Shown: piece after piece, positions 31,070 to 41,655 of the stretch
Numbering within the stretch: the first letter of the stretch is position 1
Layout: every line of letters starts with the position of its first letter
NCBI GenBank assembly: GCA_963842885.1
Contig: CAWJIE010000003.1
Span: 1-64,000, forward strand
Origin: an uncultured Nitrososphaerota archaeon
GTDB lineage: Archaea; Thermoproteota; Nitrososphaeria; Conexivisphaerales; DTJL01
Reading direction: 5' to 3'
Length of the DNA: 64,000 bases
Made by a program: the position numbers and the translations under genes
Notes under the pieces: model-generated
Told to the model about the DNA's origin: nothing
Database searches by the model: none
The model's input: only the letters and a program-made list of their open reading frames with translations

Positions 31070-31822
31070 TCAGGCCTCGAACGTGGCGAATCTCTTCGAA
31101 ACGAGCCCATAGACGGGGACCGCTATGAGGACAGAAACGATGGTGAGGGAGATCCATTCGAAGGGGTAGACCAGGAATGTGAGCCTCCAGATGGCGGCCC
31201 AGTCGCCGGACGATATGGACCCCTCGTAGGCGCCGAGGATCCCCTCGTACAGGACGTATGAACCAACAAGCTGCTGGAGGAGGAGGCCGACGAAGGCGAT
31301 AGAGGCGGTCGTCAGGGTGAGCTGCCTCAACCCGGATGAAGGAGTGGGACGTGCCTTAGTCGCGAAGGTGTAGGCTATCAGCACCGCCAGGGCGATGAAG
31401 TGCAGCCAGGTCAGCGGGAAGGCGACCCTCACGACGGGGATGTAGATGAAGGGAAGGGTCATTGGAGAGAGGTTGAAGGCGACGAGCAGTGCTGCGAAGG
31501 CCACTATGATCACCCAGAGGTGTTTCCTCCGGGCCATGAGGCTCATGGCCAGCACGGCGGTCAGGGGCGTGAGGAAGTCCAGCCCGAGGAAGATTGGGGG
31601 GTTCCCGAAGGAATAGGCGATGATGGTGCCTAGGACTACGCTGATGGAGCCGGCGACGGGGCCCAGGAGGAGGGCGTAGGTGAGGGTGAGGGCGTTGCTC
31701 AGTGGTATGAAGCCGCTCGACCCGATGAGCATGGAGACGGGGACCACTCTGAATATGACGTATGGGGCAGCGAAGACCGCCGCGTAGGCGATCAGCCTCG
31801 TCCTGGACCTGCTGAGCGCCAT
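31070..31822 (-). CDS. ECF transporter S-component-like membrane protein
   Basis: IAYAAVFAA, LLLGPVAG and C-terminal YPFE motifs. Confidence 0.7.
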   Translation of the reverse strand: MALSRSRTRLIAYAAVFAAPYVIFRVVPVSMLIGSSGFIPLSNALTLTYALLLGPVAGSISVVLGTIIAYSFGNPPIFLGLDFLTPLTAVLAMSLMARRKHLWVIIVAFAALLVAFNLSPMTLPFIYIPVVRVAFPLTWLHFIALAVLIAYTFATKARPTPSSGLRQLTLTTASIAFVGLLLQQLVGSYVLYEGILGAYEGSISSGDWAAIWRLTFLVYPFEWISLTIVSVLIAVPVYGLVSKRFATFEA

Positions 31823-32010
31823 TCCAGAGTCAGAGGAGCCTTTCTCTGTGCCGATTAAAAGGCTACCTTCTTGACGAGGGACGGGTAGAGAGACCTCTTC
31901 TTCGTCCTGAGGGCGTCCCAGGAGGAGAGAATCGAGACGACCCCGTTGGCGACCTCGATGGCAGCATTAGGGAAAAAGGGGATTGGGGGCCGTCAGGCCG
32001 CCCCCGCAAT

Positions 32011-32652
32011 CTACTGTGAAGAGCTCTGGCCGGCTTCCCCGCCCAGACCTGGGAGCTCCGGGAACCTCTCCTTCATGCTCTGCTCCGCCACCGCCGATGC
32101 CTCTGCGATTATGTGCTCCGCGTCCTCGTTGGCAGCCTCGAAGTTGAGGGTCAGTCCGCCCAGCTGACCGGCGTCGACCAGTATGCTGCTGAGCACGTTG
32201 TTGATGTCGCCTATCTCCTGCTCGGCCTGAGGCATCACGCCGACCAGGCCAGACTTCACGTTCTTTATCACGGCCATGGCGGGAGCGAGGGTGACCACTA
32301 TATCACCCAGCTCCGTAGCCGTGCTGAGCCTGAGGACGATCTGCTCGAGCGCGATTTTGGCGGAGGTGACCATCTTGGCCATCTTCCTGACCTCGGCGAG
32401 CTCGTTGGAGTAAATCGAAGCGTGCTGCATGTCGTGCTTCTGGATGGAGGAGACCACCTTGCTGAAGAGCGCTCCGTCCCTCTCTGTCATCCTGTTGCTA
32501 GTGTTCTCGAGTTTGGAGACTTGGACTTGGATGTTGCGAACCGCGGCGTCGATGCGTGGCTTCAGAGGGCCCGAAGGCCTTACGGCTTCCTTGACCTTGT
32601 CGCCGACCCCTGTGGCGTCGGGGGCGACCCACTTCTTGCTGAATTCCGACAT
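32011..32652 (-). CDS. cdvB: ESCRT-III/Snf7 family cell division protein (CdvB paralog)
   Basis: ASIYSNELAEVRKM..ALEQIVLRLST..ELGDIVVTLAPA; EAS.VAEQ..KERFPELP. Confidence 0.9.
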   Translation of the reverse strand: MSEFSKKWVAPDATGVGDKVKEAVRPSGPLKPRIDAAVRNIQVQVSKLENTSNRMTERDGALFSKVVSSIQKHDMQHASIYSNELAEVRKMAKMVTSAKIALEQIVLRLSTATELGDIVVTLAPAMAVIKNVKSGLVGVMPQAEQEIGDINNVLSSILVDAGQLGGLTLNFEAANEDAEHIIAEASAVAEQSMKERFPELPGLGGEAGQSSSQ

Positions 32653-32849
32653 AGTGTACACTTCCTTGGTGGTTGGGGATTGAGGGACGGCTTTACGATG
32701 GCTGTAACCCGCGGTACCTGTCACCCGGGTGACGGCGTCGCCGGTGACAGATGCGATGCAGGAGAAGCTGGGTGTGGAGTTCAGATGTCTTACCTGGAAC
32801 CATGCGGCGCATTTTAATAGGCACCAGCGCCGCCGCCTCCCTGAGGCAT

Positions 32850-33134
32850 GTGAGCGAAGAGCAGTTCCGGAGTTGGGCAAGGGGAAGGGGACCTCGCGTT
32901 CCCCTGGCAGTGAAGGGGCACACCTTTGCTATTGAGAAGGAGAACATAGTCAAGGTGGACGGCGGAACGTTCGTGTATGAAGAGGCCCTGGACCTGGTCA
33001 GGTTACTCAATTCTTCGAACCCATTCGACCAGTTGACCGCCACCATCTCCATATGGGAGAGGAATGGCGCTATCCGCCTCATAATCCTGGCTCTGATAGC
33101 CGCTATCATCATCGCCGTGATCGCGTGGGCATGA
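32850..33134 (+). CDS. Hypothetical protein with C-terminal TM
   Basis: TTTTAA box at 32812; C-terminal hydrophobic helix. Confidence 0.6.
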   Translation: MSEEQFRSWARGRGPRVPLAVKGHTFAIEKENIVKVDGGTFVYEEALDLVRLLNSSNPFDQLTATISIWERNGAIRLIILALIAAIIIAVIAWA

Positions 33135-33683
33135 AGCTCAGAGGTCCAATCCCTTCGGCGAAGGTTGTGCAGCCGAGAGGATGGTCAGGATTCTGGAAGA
33201 GAAGCCTTCGTAAGAGTCACGCGCGCCCGCCAGATGGAGATTCGCCCTTCCTTCCTAGCAGGGCCCGTCAAACCATCATTCCACAGACGGTCGCACCTTG
33301 AATCGAAGAAGCATCTACTTCTTCCCACCCTTCTCCTTCGACTTCTGGTGTGAGATCTTCCGCCGCTTCTTTATTACTTCCCACTTCCTCGCACGCGCAA
33401 ATGTCATTGTTCCATCTGTCTCCTCCTCCCTCTTAAGCTAGACCCATCCTTTCATCTCCTTCCTCTCCTGCGTGTGAGAGGGCAAATGGGCTGGGCCTCG
33501 AACGGATGACTTCCTTGGACAATTCGAATTCGTTCGACAAGAAAGCCCTTTGAAAGTGAATACCGAAAGAAGCGCCACCGTCTGCCCTGCCATCTGTCTC
33601 CCCGACTGGGACGTCGCTTCCCACCGAGAAGAGGCGAGCGACCAGGGCAAAGAGTAAAGGCGCCGGTTGCGGAGCATAAGGTC

Positions 33684-35396
33684 GTGGAACCTAAGGCCGG
33701 AGCTGCGGGATCCCTGGGTGCGGTGGCGAAGGAGTACTGGGAGAAGCGCTTGGCGGACGACCCGCTGTTCGCCACCATGCTGGGGGATCGGCGATTCGAC
33801 GACCGGCTCCCCGACATCACCCCCGAAGGGCGTTCGCGGAGGGAGAGGGGGTACGAGTCCGTCGTCGACCGGTGCGATGCCATCCCAGAGAGGGAGCTAT
33901 CCGACGAAGACAGGTTGACCAGGACCGCCCTTCTCGTCGACGCGCAGTCGATGCTCGATTACTCCCTGTGCCGACTTGAGGAGTGGACCGTGGACCCGCT
34001 GAGTGGCCCGCAGGTCGAATTCGTCAACGTCGAGTCCTACCAGCCGGTGAGGAACCCCGCCGAGGGCCGAGCGATGACAAGGCGCTGGACCGCCATGGGC
34101 CGATACTTCGACGACCACATGGCGAACCTCAGGCGAGGGGCTGCCGAAGGCAGGCTGGCCGTCCGCGCCTGCGCGGAGAAGGCAGTCGATGAGGTCGATG
34201 AGCTGATTGCCAAGCCCGAGTCAGAATGGGCTCTCCTGCGCCCCCTCGCCATGCCGCACGATGACTGGTCGGAGGAGGAGCGGCGCGACTTCAGAGAGGG
34301 GTTGACCGGCGCGGTCCGGGATTCGATACGTCCCGCGCTCGTCCGATACATGGAGTTCCTGGAATCGGAGGTCCTGCCGAGGGCTCGCCCGCAGGAGCGC
34401 CCGGGCATCATCCACGTGCCAGGCGGCTCCGAGGCCTACGCACGGTTGATTCGGGTGCACACCTCCCTTGACCTGACCCCGGAGGAGCTCCATCAGACCG
34501 GCCTGAGGGAGGTGGCCAGGATCAACGCCGAGATGGAGGCGCTGGGCGGCAGGGTCCTTGGCGTTCGGGACAGAAAGGAGGTCCTCCACCGGCTCCGGAC
34601 GGACCCTAAGCTGTACTTCGCCAGCGGAGACGAGGTCGCGGAGAAGGCAGAGGGAGCCCTGTCGAGGGCGAAGGCCGCGATCGCGGATTGGTTCGGGCAG
34701 CTCCCTAGGGCCGACTGCGAGGTCGTGCGCATGGGGGAGCACGAAGAGAAACATTCGACGATAGCGTACTATCGCCAGCCCGCTGCCGACGGCTCGAGGC
34801 CTGGCAGGTACTGCATCAACACGTCCGCGCCGGCGACCAGGCCTCGCTATGAAGCCGAGGCCCTCGCCTACCACGAATCGATCCCCGGCCACCACCTCCA
34901 GATTGCGATAGCCCAGGAGCTGGAGGGGATCCCGGAGTTCAGGAGGAACAGCGGCGTGACGGCCTTCGTGGAGGGGTGGGGCCTGTACTCGGAGCGGCTC
35001 GCCGATGAAATGGGGCTCTACTCGTCGGACCTGGACAGGATGGGCATGCTTTCCTACGACGCCTGGCGGGCGTGTCGCCTGGTCGTGGACACCGGGATGC
35101 ATGCGATGCGGTGGACCCGCGCGAAGGCCATCGAGTTCATGCTGGAGAACACGGCCCTGGCGGAGAACAACATCGTGAACGAGGTCGACAGGTACATCGC
35201 ATGGCCGGGGCAGGCCCTCGCCTACAAGACGGGCCAGCTGGAGATGATCCGACTTCGTCAGGAGGTAAAGGGGCAGCTGGGCGAGAGGTTCGACATCAGG
35301 GAGTTCCACGACGCCCTGCTGGGTGACGGGGCGGTGCCGCTGAAGGCGCTCCGCGAGATCGTGGAGAGGTACACAGGAAAGAGCCGACTCGGATAG
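33684..35396 (+). CDS. DUF885 family protein
   Basis: HESIPGHHLQ, EGWGLYSE, RACRLVVDTGMH, EVDRY..PGQALAY. Confidence 0.95.
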   Translation: MEPKAGAAGSLGAVAKEYWEKRLADDPLFATMLGDRRFDDRLPDITPEGRSRRERGYESVVDRCDAIPERELSDEDRLTRTALLVDAQSMLDYSLCRLEEWTVDPLSGPQVEFVNVESYQPVRNPAEGRAMTRRWTAMGRYFDDHMANLRRGAAEGRLAVRACAEKAVDEVDELIAKPESEWALLRPLAMPHDDWSEEERRDFREGLTGAVRDSIRPALVRYMEFLESEVLPRARPQERPGIIHVPGGSEAYARLIRVHTSLDLTPEELHQTGLREVARINAEMEALGGRVLGVRDRKEVLHRLRTDPKLYFASGDEVAEKAEGALSRAKAAIADWFGQLPRADCEVVRMGEHEEKHSTIAYYRQPAADGSRPGRYCINTSAPATRPRYEAEALAYHESIPGHHLQIAIAQELEGIPEFRRNSGVTAFVEGWGLYSERLADEMGLYSSDLDRMGMLSYDAWRACRLVVDTGMHAMRWTRAKAIEFMLENTALAENNIVNEVDRYIAWPGQALAYKTGQLEMIRLRQEVKGQLGERFDIREFHDALLGDGAVPLKALREIVERYTGKSRLG

Positions 35397-35580
35397 TCCG
35401 GTCGTCGTCGACCAGGATTCACGCTTGGGACCTCCCAGCGCGACGCGGGATGTGAAGGGGGGGCGTTCTTGGTCGAATACGACCACCCCATCCACGAGAG
35501 TCGGCAGGATAAAAGGAGCGGCCCCTCCCGATGCTTCTGCTTAAATAGACTCTTCGGAAGGACGGTCCGTGTGTTGAGGG

Positions 35581-37555
35581 ATGGGACAGAATAGGGATTC
35601 AGCACATCGTACAGGCGCCAAACTACTCGCCTCTGCACTTATCGTGCTCATGGTCGCCACCGTCGTTTCGTCTTCTTACGTGGCGGCCGTCCACGCCGAT
35701 GGCAGCCCGACGTTTGTCTCCATACGCTACAGTGGCTCCCTGAGCGTTTCCACGGGCATGACCGCCGACGAGGAATTCGAGGGATCGCAAGCGGTTTCTT
35801 TCACGGAGACGCGCCAGTCCACGTACACTGCCTCCTTCGACAACCTCACCCTTGTGGGCATGATCGTCAACGGGAGCGAAGTGCTGGGTGGAGTGGCCAA
35901 CGCCACGTTCTCGTCGACGGACAGCTGGTCCCTTACACCCCACGCTTCGGGCAACCTTCAGGTCTCCCTCGACCCTCCTTCGGGGAACCCCTCCTGGAGC
36001 TCCACCGGCGTCGTCTTCGGAGCGATTAACGGCAGCCAGGCCTTCTTCCTCCTGGTGCCGTCCACGCTTCCACCGCTGATCAACGTGTCCATGACGATCA
36101 CCGACACCCAGGCGACCACGCTGCTTCCCCAAGTCTATCCGTTGCTCGTGACCCCGCCAGCCTTCGATGGATTCGGAGTCACGCTGTACGCCGCAATTGG
36201 GGGCCCGGCGTCGGCCCTGCCTACGGACCCTTCAGCCATCTTGGCGTACATACTCGCCTACGGGCAGCTCACCACGTCAGACCCGACCGAGGGCCACGAC
36301 ATACAATTCAGCGGCCACATGCCCTCCTCCCCCTCTTTCGGGGGGACGGCAGACGTCAGCTACAACGGCGACCTCTCGCTGACGGTTTTGAACGTGCTGT
36401 ATTCCACGCCCCGACCGTTTACACGCTCGACCTGGAACCCGGCTCGGGCGGAACCACGAACCCGCTGCCAGGGAACTACACGCAGGCCGCGGGGACGTCA
36501 CTGGACGTGACCGCGCCCCTAACTCCACCAGCTCGTTCAGCTATTGGCTTCTCGACGGAAACAAAGTGGGCAGCGCCAATCCCTATTCGGTATCGTTCGA
36601 CGGAGACCATGTGCTGCAGCCCGTCTTTGAAATTGGGCCAGGCGGCCAGTCAGGGAGGACGGTCGTGATCAACCCCAACAACTGGGCGGAGTACAGCGTG
36701 TCCGTAAGCACCAGCGGCTCAGGTCTTCCGGAGAACTTTACTGATCTGATGAATGTGACGAGCGTTAAGGGGACGGTCGTCGGCGTCCAAGGCTCCGTCG
36801 CGACGATCGGCGTCGAAGCCACGTTCGCAAACGGAACGACTCTATCTTTTGGCGATTTCACGATCGACGTGGACTCCGGATACACCAGCAGCAGCGGCTT
36901 CGGGGCCTTCATAATCGGGTCAGGTCTGGGGACCGGCGATCAGGTATTCACCTCCTCTCAGTCCAGCCTGCCGAACGCCGTAATCAATGAGACCACGACC
37001 TGGACGGAGAACGGTTTCGACCGGACGGCACTTCATCTCAACTCGGACGCGCTCGGAGAGTACTTCTGGGATCGGGGCACCGGCCTACTGCTCCATGCGG
37101 AGGTGCCAATCTACTCAGGGAACCAGGCGGCGCCTGTGGGTTCCGTGACGTATGCGCTCACCAGCACAAGCCTGTTCGCGGGCGGGTCTGGCCCCACGAC
37201 AGGGTCCCCCTGGTCCTTCCTCTTGTCGCCGAATTCGACGGCATCTTGGATTGAAATCATACTCGTCTTCGCTCTGATCATCTTGGCGCTCGTGGTGATT
37301 TCGCGTGCCCTGTCGAGACGGCGCAAGAAGGAGGGCGTGCCACCTGCCACGTTTTCAAAGAATCAGGCCAGGAAGGAAGAGGGGGGAATGGTTGCGCCTC
37401 CAAGGGCGCCCGCCGATTCCGTCACCGGCGCGCCTCCCCCAAAGTTCACCTTCTGTCCGAACTGCGGCCGAACTCTGCCCAGCCAGCTCTCAAAGTTCTG
37501 CCCGTTCTGCGGCTTCTCCCTGAGCGAGCAGGGAGCGAGCAAACCTAGCGGGTGA
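35581..37555 (+). CDS. Large surface protein with C-terminal TM and zinc ribbon (frameshifted near 36410-36520)
   Basis: Signal peptide in 35581 ORF; WDRGTGLLL, TM and CPNCG..FCPFCG in 36566 ORF. Confidence 0.75.
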
Positions 37556-37822
37556 CATGTGCGGGGACGCTGTGGCTCTCGACCCACGAACGCCTGAACG
37601 GTCTCTCCCCTCACGAAGCTTTATTGCTCTCTTGAGGCCATTTTATGAGTGTTGTCCGCCAGTCTGCAGGATCTTAGAAAGGCCGACCAACGGTCATGGT
37701 GCAGGTCTCCGAGTGGCACCCTTTGGTTATGTCAGAGTGCGACCATCAATCCTTCATGTCAATTCAGACGATCCCTGGCCCGAGGGACAAGTTTCAATGG
37801 TGAACTGGCGATTCTGAATCCC

Positions 37823-38218
37823 TCACGGCAAGCCGCTTCCCCAGTCCCTCGTCAGGCTGGTCTCATTGGTATAGAGGTCCAATGTGCCAGCAGCGTAGGG
37901 CCTTCCCGTGGGATACCCGATGAAGTACGCGATGATTGTAACCTTGTAGGAGTCTCTGTTGGGAAGGGAGATGTTATAAGCTTCAGAAAAGACCTGCGCC
38001 GAGTATGTCGTGTTGTCCCTCAGGCTCGTGAAGTTCACCCTCTCGTACGCGATCTCAGCCCCCGTCAGTCTGATCAGACCCGTGACAGTGACCATGCTTG
38101 GCTTGGTGGTTCCCGGGTTCTCCGCCTCAGTGGCTCCGTAGTAGATTGCTAGAAGAGCGATCAGGGCGAAGGCAGCCACGGCGAGCAGAAGCCATCTCCG
38201 TTTGGGCATGAGCATCAT
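37823..38218 (-). CDS. Membrane-anchored hypothetical protein
   Basis: N-terminal TM; start overlaps stop of NifX-like gene. Confidence 0.65.
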   Translation of the reverse strand: MMLMPKRRWLLLAVAAFALIALLAIYYGATEAENPGTTKPSMVTVTGLIRLTGAEIAYERVNFTSLRDNTTYSAQVFSEAYNISLPNRDSYKVTIIAYFIGYPTGRPYAAGTLDLYTNETSLTRDWGSGLP

Positions 38219-38628
38219 CAGTGGAGTCTCTCGACGTGGTCGTCGAGGCTTCCCTTGATATAGGCCTGAACGGCATCGTCGGCGTATACCGCTTCGGTGA
38301 TGAAAGGCTTGATGCCAGCCTGCCTCATCGCCTCGTATATCCCCCACCCCATCCCCCTCGCGATGAGCGCATCGCAGTCGCTGACGTTGGAGAGCATGCT
38401 CGCATGTGTAGAGGCCTCCTCAGGGCCCTGATTGTGGCCGGGGCCTTCGCCATGGTGCTCACCCTCGTGTTCCATCCCTCCATGGTGATGTCCTGCCTTG
38501 GGTCTGGTCTCCTTCCCCTTGACTACTCCGTCCTGTATGTCGTAGACCAGGTAGTGCTGGGCCATTCCGAAGTGCGGGGATATGGTCTGGCCGTCGTCGG
38601 TCACGACACCAACTTTCAAGACGTTCAC
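38218..38628 (-). CDS. NifB/NifX-family (FeMo-co-binding fold) protein, His-rich
   Basis: ISPHFGMA..CDALIARGMG. Confidence 0.9.
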   Translation of the reverse strand: MNVLKVGVVTDDGQTISPHFGMAQHYLVYDIQDGVVKGKETRPKAGHHHGGMEHEGEHHGEGPGHNQGPEEASTHASMLSNVSDCDALIARGMGWGIYEAMRQAGIKPFITEAVYADDAVQAYIKGSLDDHVERLH

Positions 38629-39048
38629 CTACGCGCTGCCGCCAGCTAGGTAGGGGTGTAAGAGCTGGTTGAGGTCTTCCTTCGGCAAAGCGCCCACTAT
38701 CTGGTTGAGTATCTTCCCGTTCTGTGCAATCATGATGGTAGGGATGCCCTGTATGCCGAAACGTTGTGACGTGAGGGGGTTCTCGTCCACGTTGAGCTTC
38801 CCCAGCACCAGCTTGCCCGCGTTCTCCTGCGCGATCTGTTCCAGGATGGGCGATACCCATCTGCATGGGCCGCACCAGGGCGCCCAGAAGTCCACCAGCA
38901 TCAACCTTTGGCTCCTGAGCGTCGAATCGAAGTTGGCGTCGGTGAGCTCGATTGATCCCGCTGAAGCCTGCCAGCTTGGACTGCGATGCCCTCTCCTGCT
39001 CCCATTCCTTTCTCCTTCGGTCGATGAGAGATTCGATGTCGTCGTCAC
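38629..39048 (-). CDS. trxA: Thioredoxin
   Basis: VDFWAPWCGPC, LNVDENP, GIPT. Confidence 0.95.
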   Translation of the reverse strand: MTTTSNLSSTEGERNGSRRGHRSPSWQASAGSIELTDANFDSTLRSQRLMLVDFWAPWCGPCRWVSPILEQIAQENAGKLVLGKLNVDENPLTSQRFGIQGIPTIMIAQNGKILNQIVGALPKEDLNQLLHPYLAGGSA

Positions 39049-39073
39049 CTGATTGGGTCAAGCCATTCATTTC

Positions 39074-39598
39074 CTATTCGTAGACCACGGCCGCGATCTT
39101 CTTCTTGGCGTCTCCGAGTATCTCCTGGATTCTCTCCATCTTCTTCTCGTCGACATATTCGTCGTTCATCATCACCAGTGCCTGGACTTCCCTGAGGTCC
39201 TTCAGGAATCCGAAGCGGCCCATCTTGTCCGCATACTCTCTGCCGGCCTTGAGCCTCTCTACGGTCTCCTTGTTTTCTTCAAGACATTTCTTTCCCTGCT
39301 CGGTGACGGAATACGTCCTCTTTCCCTCCTTCTCCTCAGCCGTCACGTAGCCCCTGTCCTCCAGCTCCTGAAGTGTCGGGTAAATCAGCCCGGCGCTCAC
39401 CGGCCTCTGGTAGGTCCTTCCCAGCTCCTGTATTAGCGCATAGCCATGCATGGGTTTCTCAGAAAGGGCCGTCAGTACGAGGAACCTGAAATCGCCTCTC
39501 CTCATTCCGAACATGGGCCCGCGGTGGCCCCACGCAGCAACGGGGTAATCGGGTTCGTCCCAGCATCCACGTCTTATGTATCGTCCATCTCTGCTCAA
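39074..39598 (-). CDS. PadR family regulator
   Basis: RRGDFRFLVL..PMHGY..SAGLIYPTL; upstream palindrome CCATATC-TACT-GATATGG (39611-39628). Confidence 0.93.
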   Translation of the reverse strand: MSRDGRYIRRGCWDEPDYPVAAWGHRGPMFGMRRGDFRFLVLTALSEKPMHGYALIQELGRTYQRPVSAGLIYPTLQELEDRGYVTAEEKEGKRTYSVTEQGKKCLEENKETVERLKAGREYADKMGRFGFLKDLREVQALVMMNDEYVDEKKMERIQEILGDAKKKIAAVVYE

Positions 39599-39829
39599 AT
39601 TCTATCGGTTGCCATATCTACTGATATGGTTATAAACATATCTCCTGCTACTGGTCAGTGCGACTCAGGCTGGCATTTCCAGTGAAACGCAAGTAGCCCA
39701 CTAAGGGCATGTGTAGGGACCGATATCAGACAAGATGGATTATGGGAAGCATGGGAGAACGGAATCCGGAATAGGAAGACTCTTGAGCCCGAAGGAGCAC
39801 TGAATGCACGGACTTCGTTTCTCTGCCAC

Positions 39830-40471
39830 CTACTTGCCGTTCGCTTTCTTCGCGTATTCGACAGCGCCAATCAGATCGATGAAGACGACAGGGTCTTCCC
39901 CGACCGTCCAAGCGTCATGGCCGGGTTGCACCTCAAAGGCATCGCCCGCTCCAACCTCCAGTCCCGTTCCGTCATCCATCGTGAAGGCCATTCGACCGGA
40001 GATTACGTATCCCAGGTGTTGCGTCATGCAGCTTTCAGTCTTGGCGATGGGCTTCACTTTGGTGGACCATCTCCACCCCGGTTGAAGCGTGCGTAGCCCG
40101 AAGGTGAAACCGCCCAGGGTGACGATCTGCAGGCTCCCCTTCGGGAAGCTCTTCCATTCGTCTGGTTCTCCTAGGTTCTTCTTAGAGGCCGACACTCTGG
40201 CTTTCATCCTTCCCCTCCGGGTGATCCTGACGACTATCTTTATGTATCCTTCCTCCTGCGCTGCTTCGATCACTTGGTTGCCGCTCTTCTTCGCCCACGC
40301 TCTAACGTCGCTCTCTATCGCCGGCTCGGTTGCCCAAAGCTCAAGTTCGTCACCGAAGCTGGCCGTGCGCCAGGCCTTGAAGAGGGCCGTCAAAGGCGTC
40401 GGAGGGCACCAGACGCCCCTTGAGTCGATGATCAGGCGATGCCTTGACTTCGCCATATTCCTATTCACCAT
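39830..40471 (-). CDS. TusA/SirA-like domain fused to cupin domain
   Basis: IDSRGVWCPPTP..ELWATEP..DVRAW; LQPGWRWS..HLGYVISG..PGHDAW. Confidence 0.85.
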   Translation of the reverse strand: MVNRNMAKSRHRLIIDSRGVWCPPTPLTALFKAWRTASFGDELELWATEPAIESDVRAWAKKSGNQVIEAAQEEGYIKIVVRITRRGRMKARVSASKKNLGEPDEWKSFPKGSLQIVTLGGFTFGLRTLQPGWRWSTKVKPIAKTESCMTQHLGYVISGRMAFTMDDGTGLEVGAGDAFEVQPGHDAWTVGEDPVVFIDLIGAVEYAKKANGK

Positions 40472-40917
40472 ACGATTCCTGGTTCTTGGGGCAAATCACC
40501 TTCGCCCGATATTTAACCCAGACCCATCGGAAGGCTCGCACGCGGTCCCGAAGGAGGTCATACGGTCGAAGATGAGGTCATATATCGGTGGAGGCACTTT
40601 GGCCTGCACATGACACATACGGGAGAGGAGATCAGTGGCTTCTGAGTCTCCCGAGATGGAGATGAGGGTTGTTGAGATCGTTCATACCGATGCGTCGCTC
40701 GACCGGTGAGTCAGTCGAGACCGAATTTTCGCTCTTGATTCTTCAAGCTTCTCATGGATCTCTCCCTGTCCCTGACTCCGCCGTTCATTCGTTCCATCCC
40801 GTTGTTATTCCTGTCGGCGTCAAGAGTGACTGGCGGCTTCTTGGGATTGGCTTCCTTCTTCTGAAGGACAGTCACACATAGAATACATATATAACAAGAA
40901 GTCAGAGCTTTGCCATC

Positions 40918-41454
40918 TTGGCAAAGCCGATTTCGAGACGCATCGGATTTGGCTTCATAGAGGGCTTTCAAGGAACGGCATTTGGCATAATGGACGGGAT
41001 GATTACCATCTTGGGCGTCGTCATTGGGATAAGCCAAGTGACAAGTAGTACAACTCTTGTCGTTGTGTCGGGCCTTGTGGCTGGCGTGGCCAACGCATTC
41101 GGGAACTCCATCGGCTTTTACGCTTCCGAATTGGCAGAAAGGGGAGAGCACATACGCGAAAAGGCACATGTCGCCCCTTCCACCGAGGTCTACATGAGCA
41201 CCATCAACTCTTTCATTTCGTCTTTGATTGCTATGCTTGTGCCCATCCTTCCATTCGTCTTCCTTCCCTCAATGCAAGCCATGACGGCAGCAGTTTCAAT
41301 CGCGATGGTGGTGCTGTTTGCCCTCGGGTCATACGTCGGACATCTGATCGGGCTTAGCCGCTTCAGGTTCGGTCTGCGCTACGTCATGCTGGGCCTCATA
41401 GGCTCTGGCCTCTCGTACTTGATAGGGAACCTGCTCAAGTCCTTGCTCATCTAA
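40918..41454 (+). CDS. VIT1/CCC1 family transporter (short form)
   Basis: FGIMDGMITILG motif. Confidence 0.85.
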   Translation: MAKPISRRIGFGFIEGFQGTAFGIMDGMITILGVVIGISQVTSSTTLVVVSGLVAGVANAFGNSIGFYASELAERGEHIREKAHVAPSTEVYMSTINSFISSLIAMLVPILPFVFLPSMQAMTAAVSIAMVVLFALGSYVGHLIGLSRFRFGLRYVMLGLIGSGLSYLIGNLLKSLLI

Positions 41455-41655
41455 CCGGTCTGCTCCGTCAACCAAATGGCAGCCGAGAGACCGTCGAGTG
41501 GTGGCATACCATAGAGGCCAGTGATGCGTAAGATGCCAGAAGAGTCGCCCTGCGCTCACGGTAGTTTTGGATATCTGTTTCCTTTGGAAAGGATTGCGCT
41601 ATCCGGGAACACTTCTATCTTCACGACCGTCAGTTGGTCCTAGATTACTTTGAGG

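Noticed and set aside
34221-35495. Long antisense or alternate-frame ORFs (e.g. 34221..35495, 16158..17075, 14753..15544, 7122..7943, 32113..32817)
   Set aside because: Shadows of well-supported genes in GC-rich DNA, with no motifs
38218-38628. Nitrogen fixation
   Set aside because: NifX-fold proteins are widespread in non-diazotrophs and no nif genes are in the window
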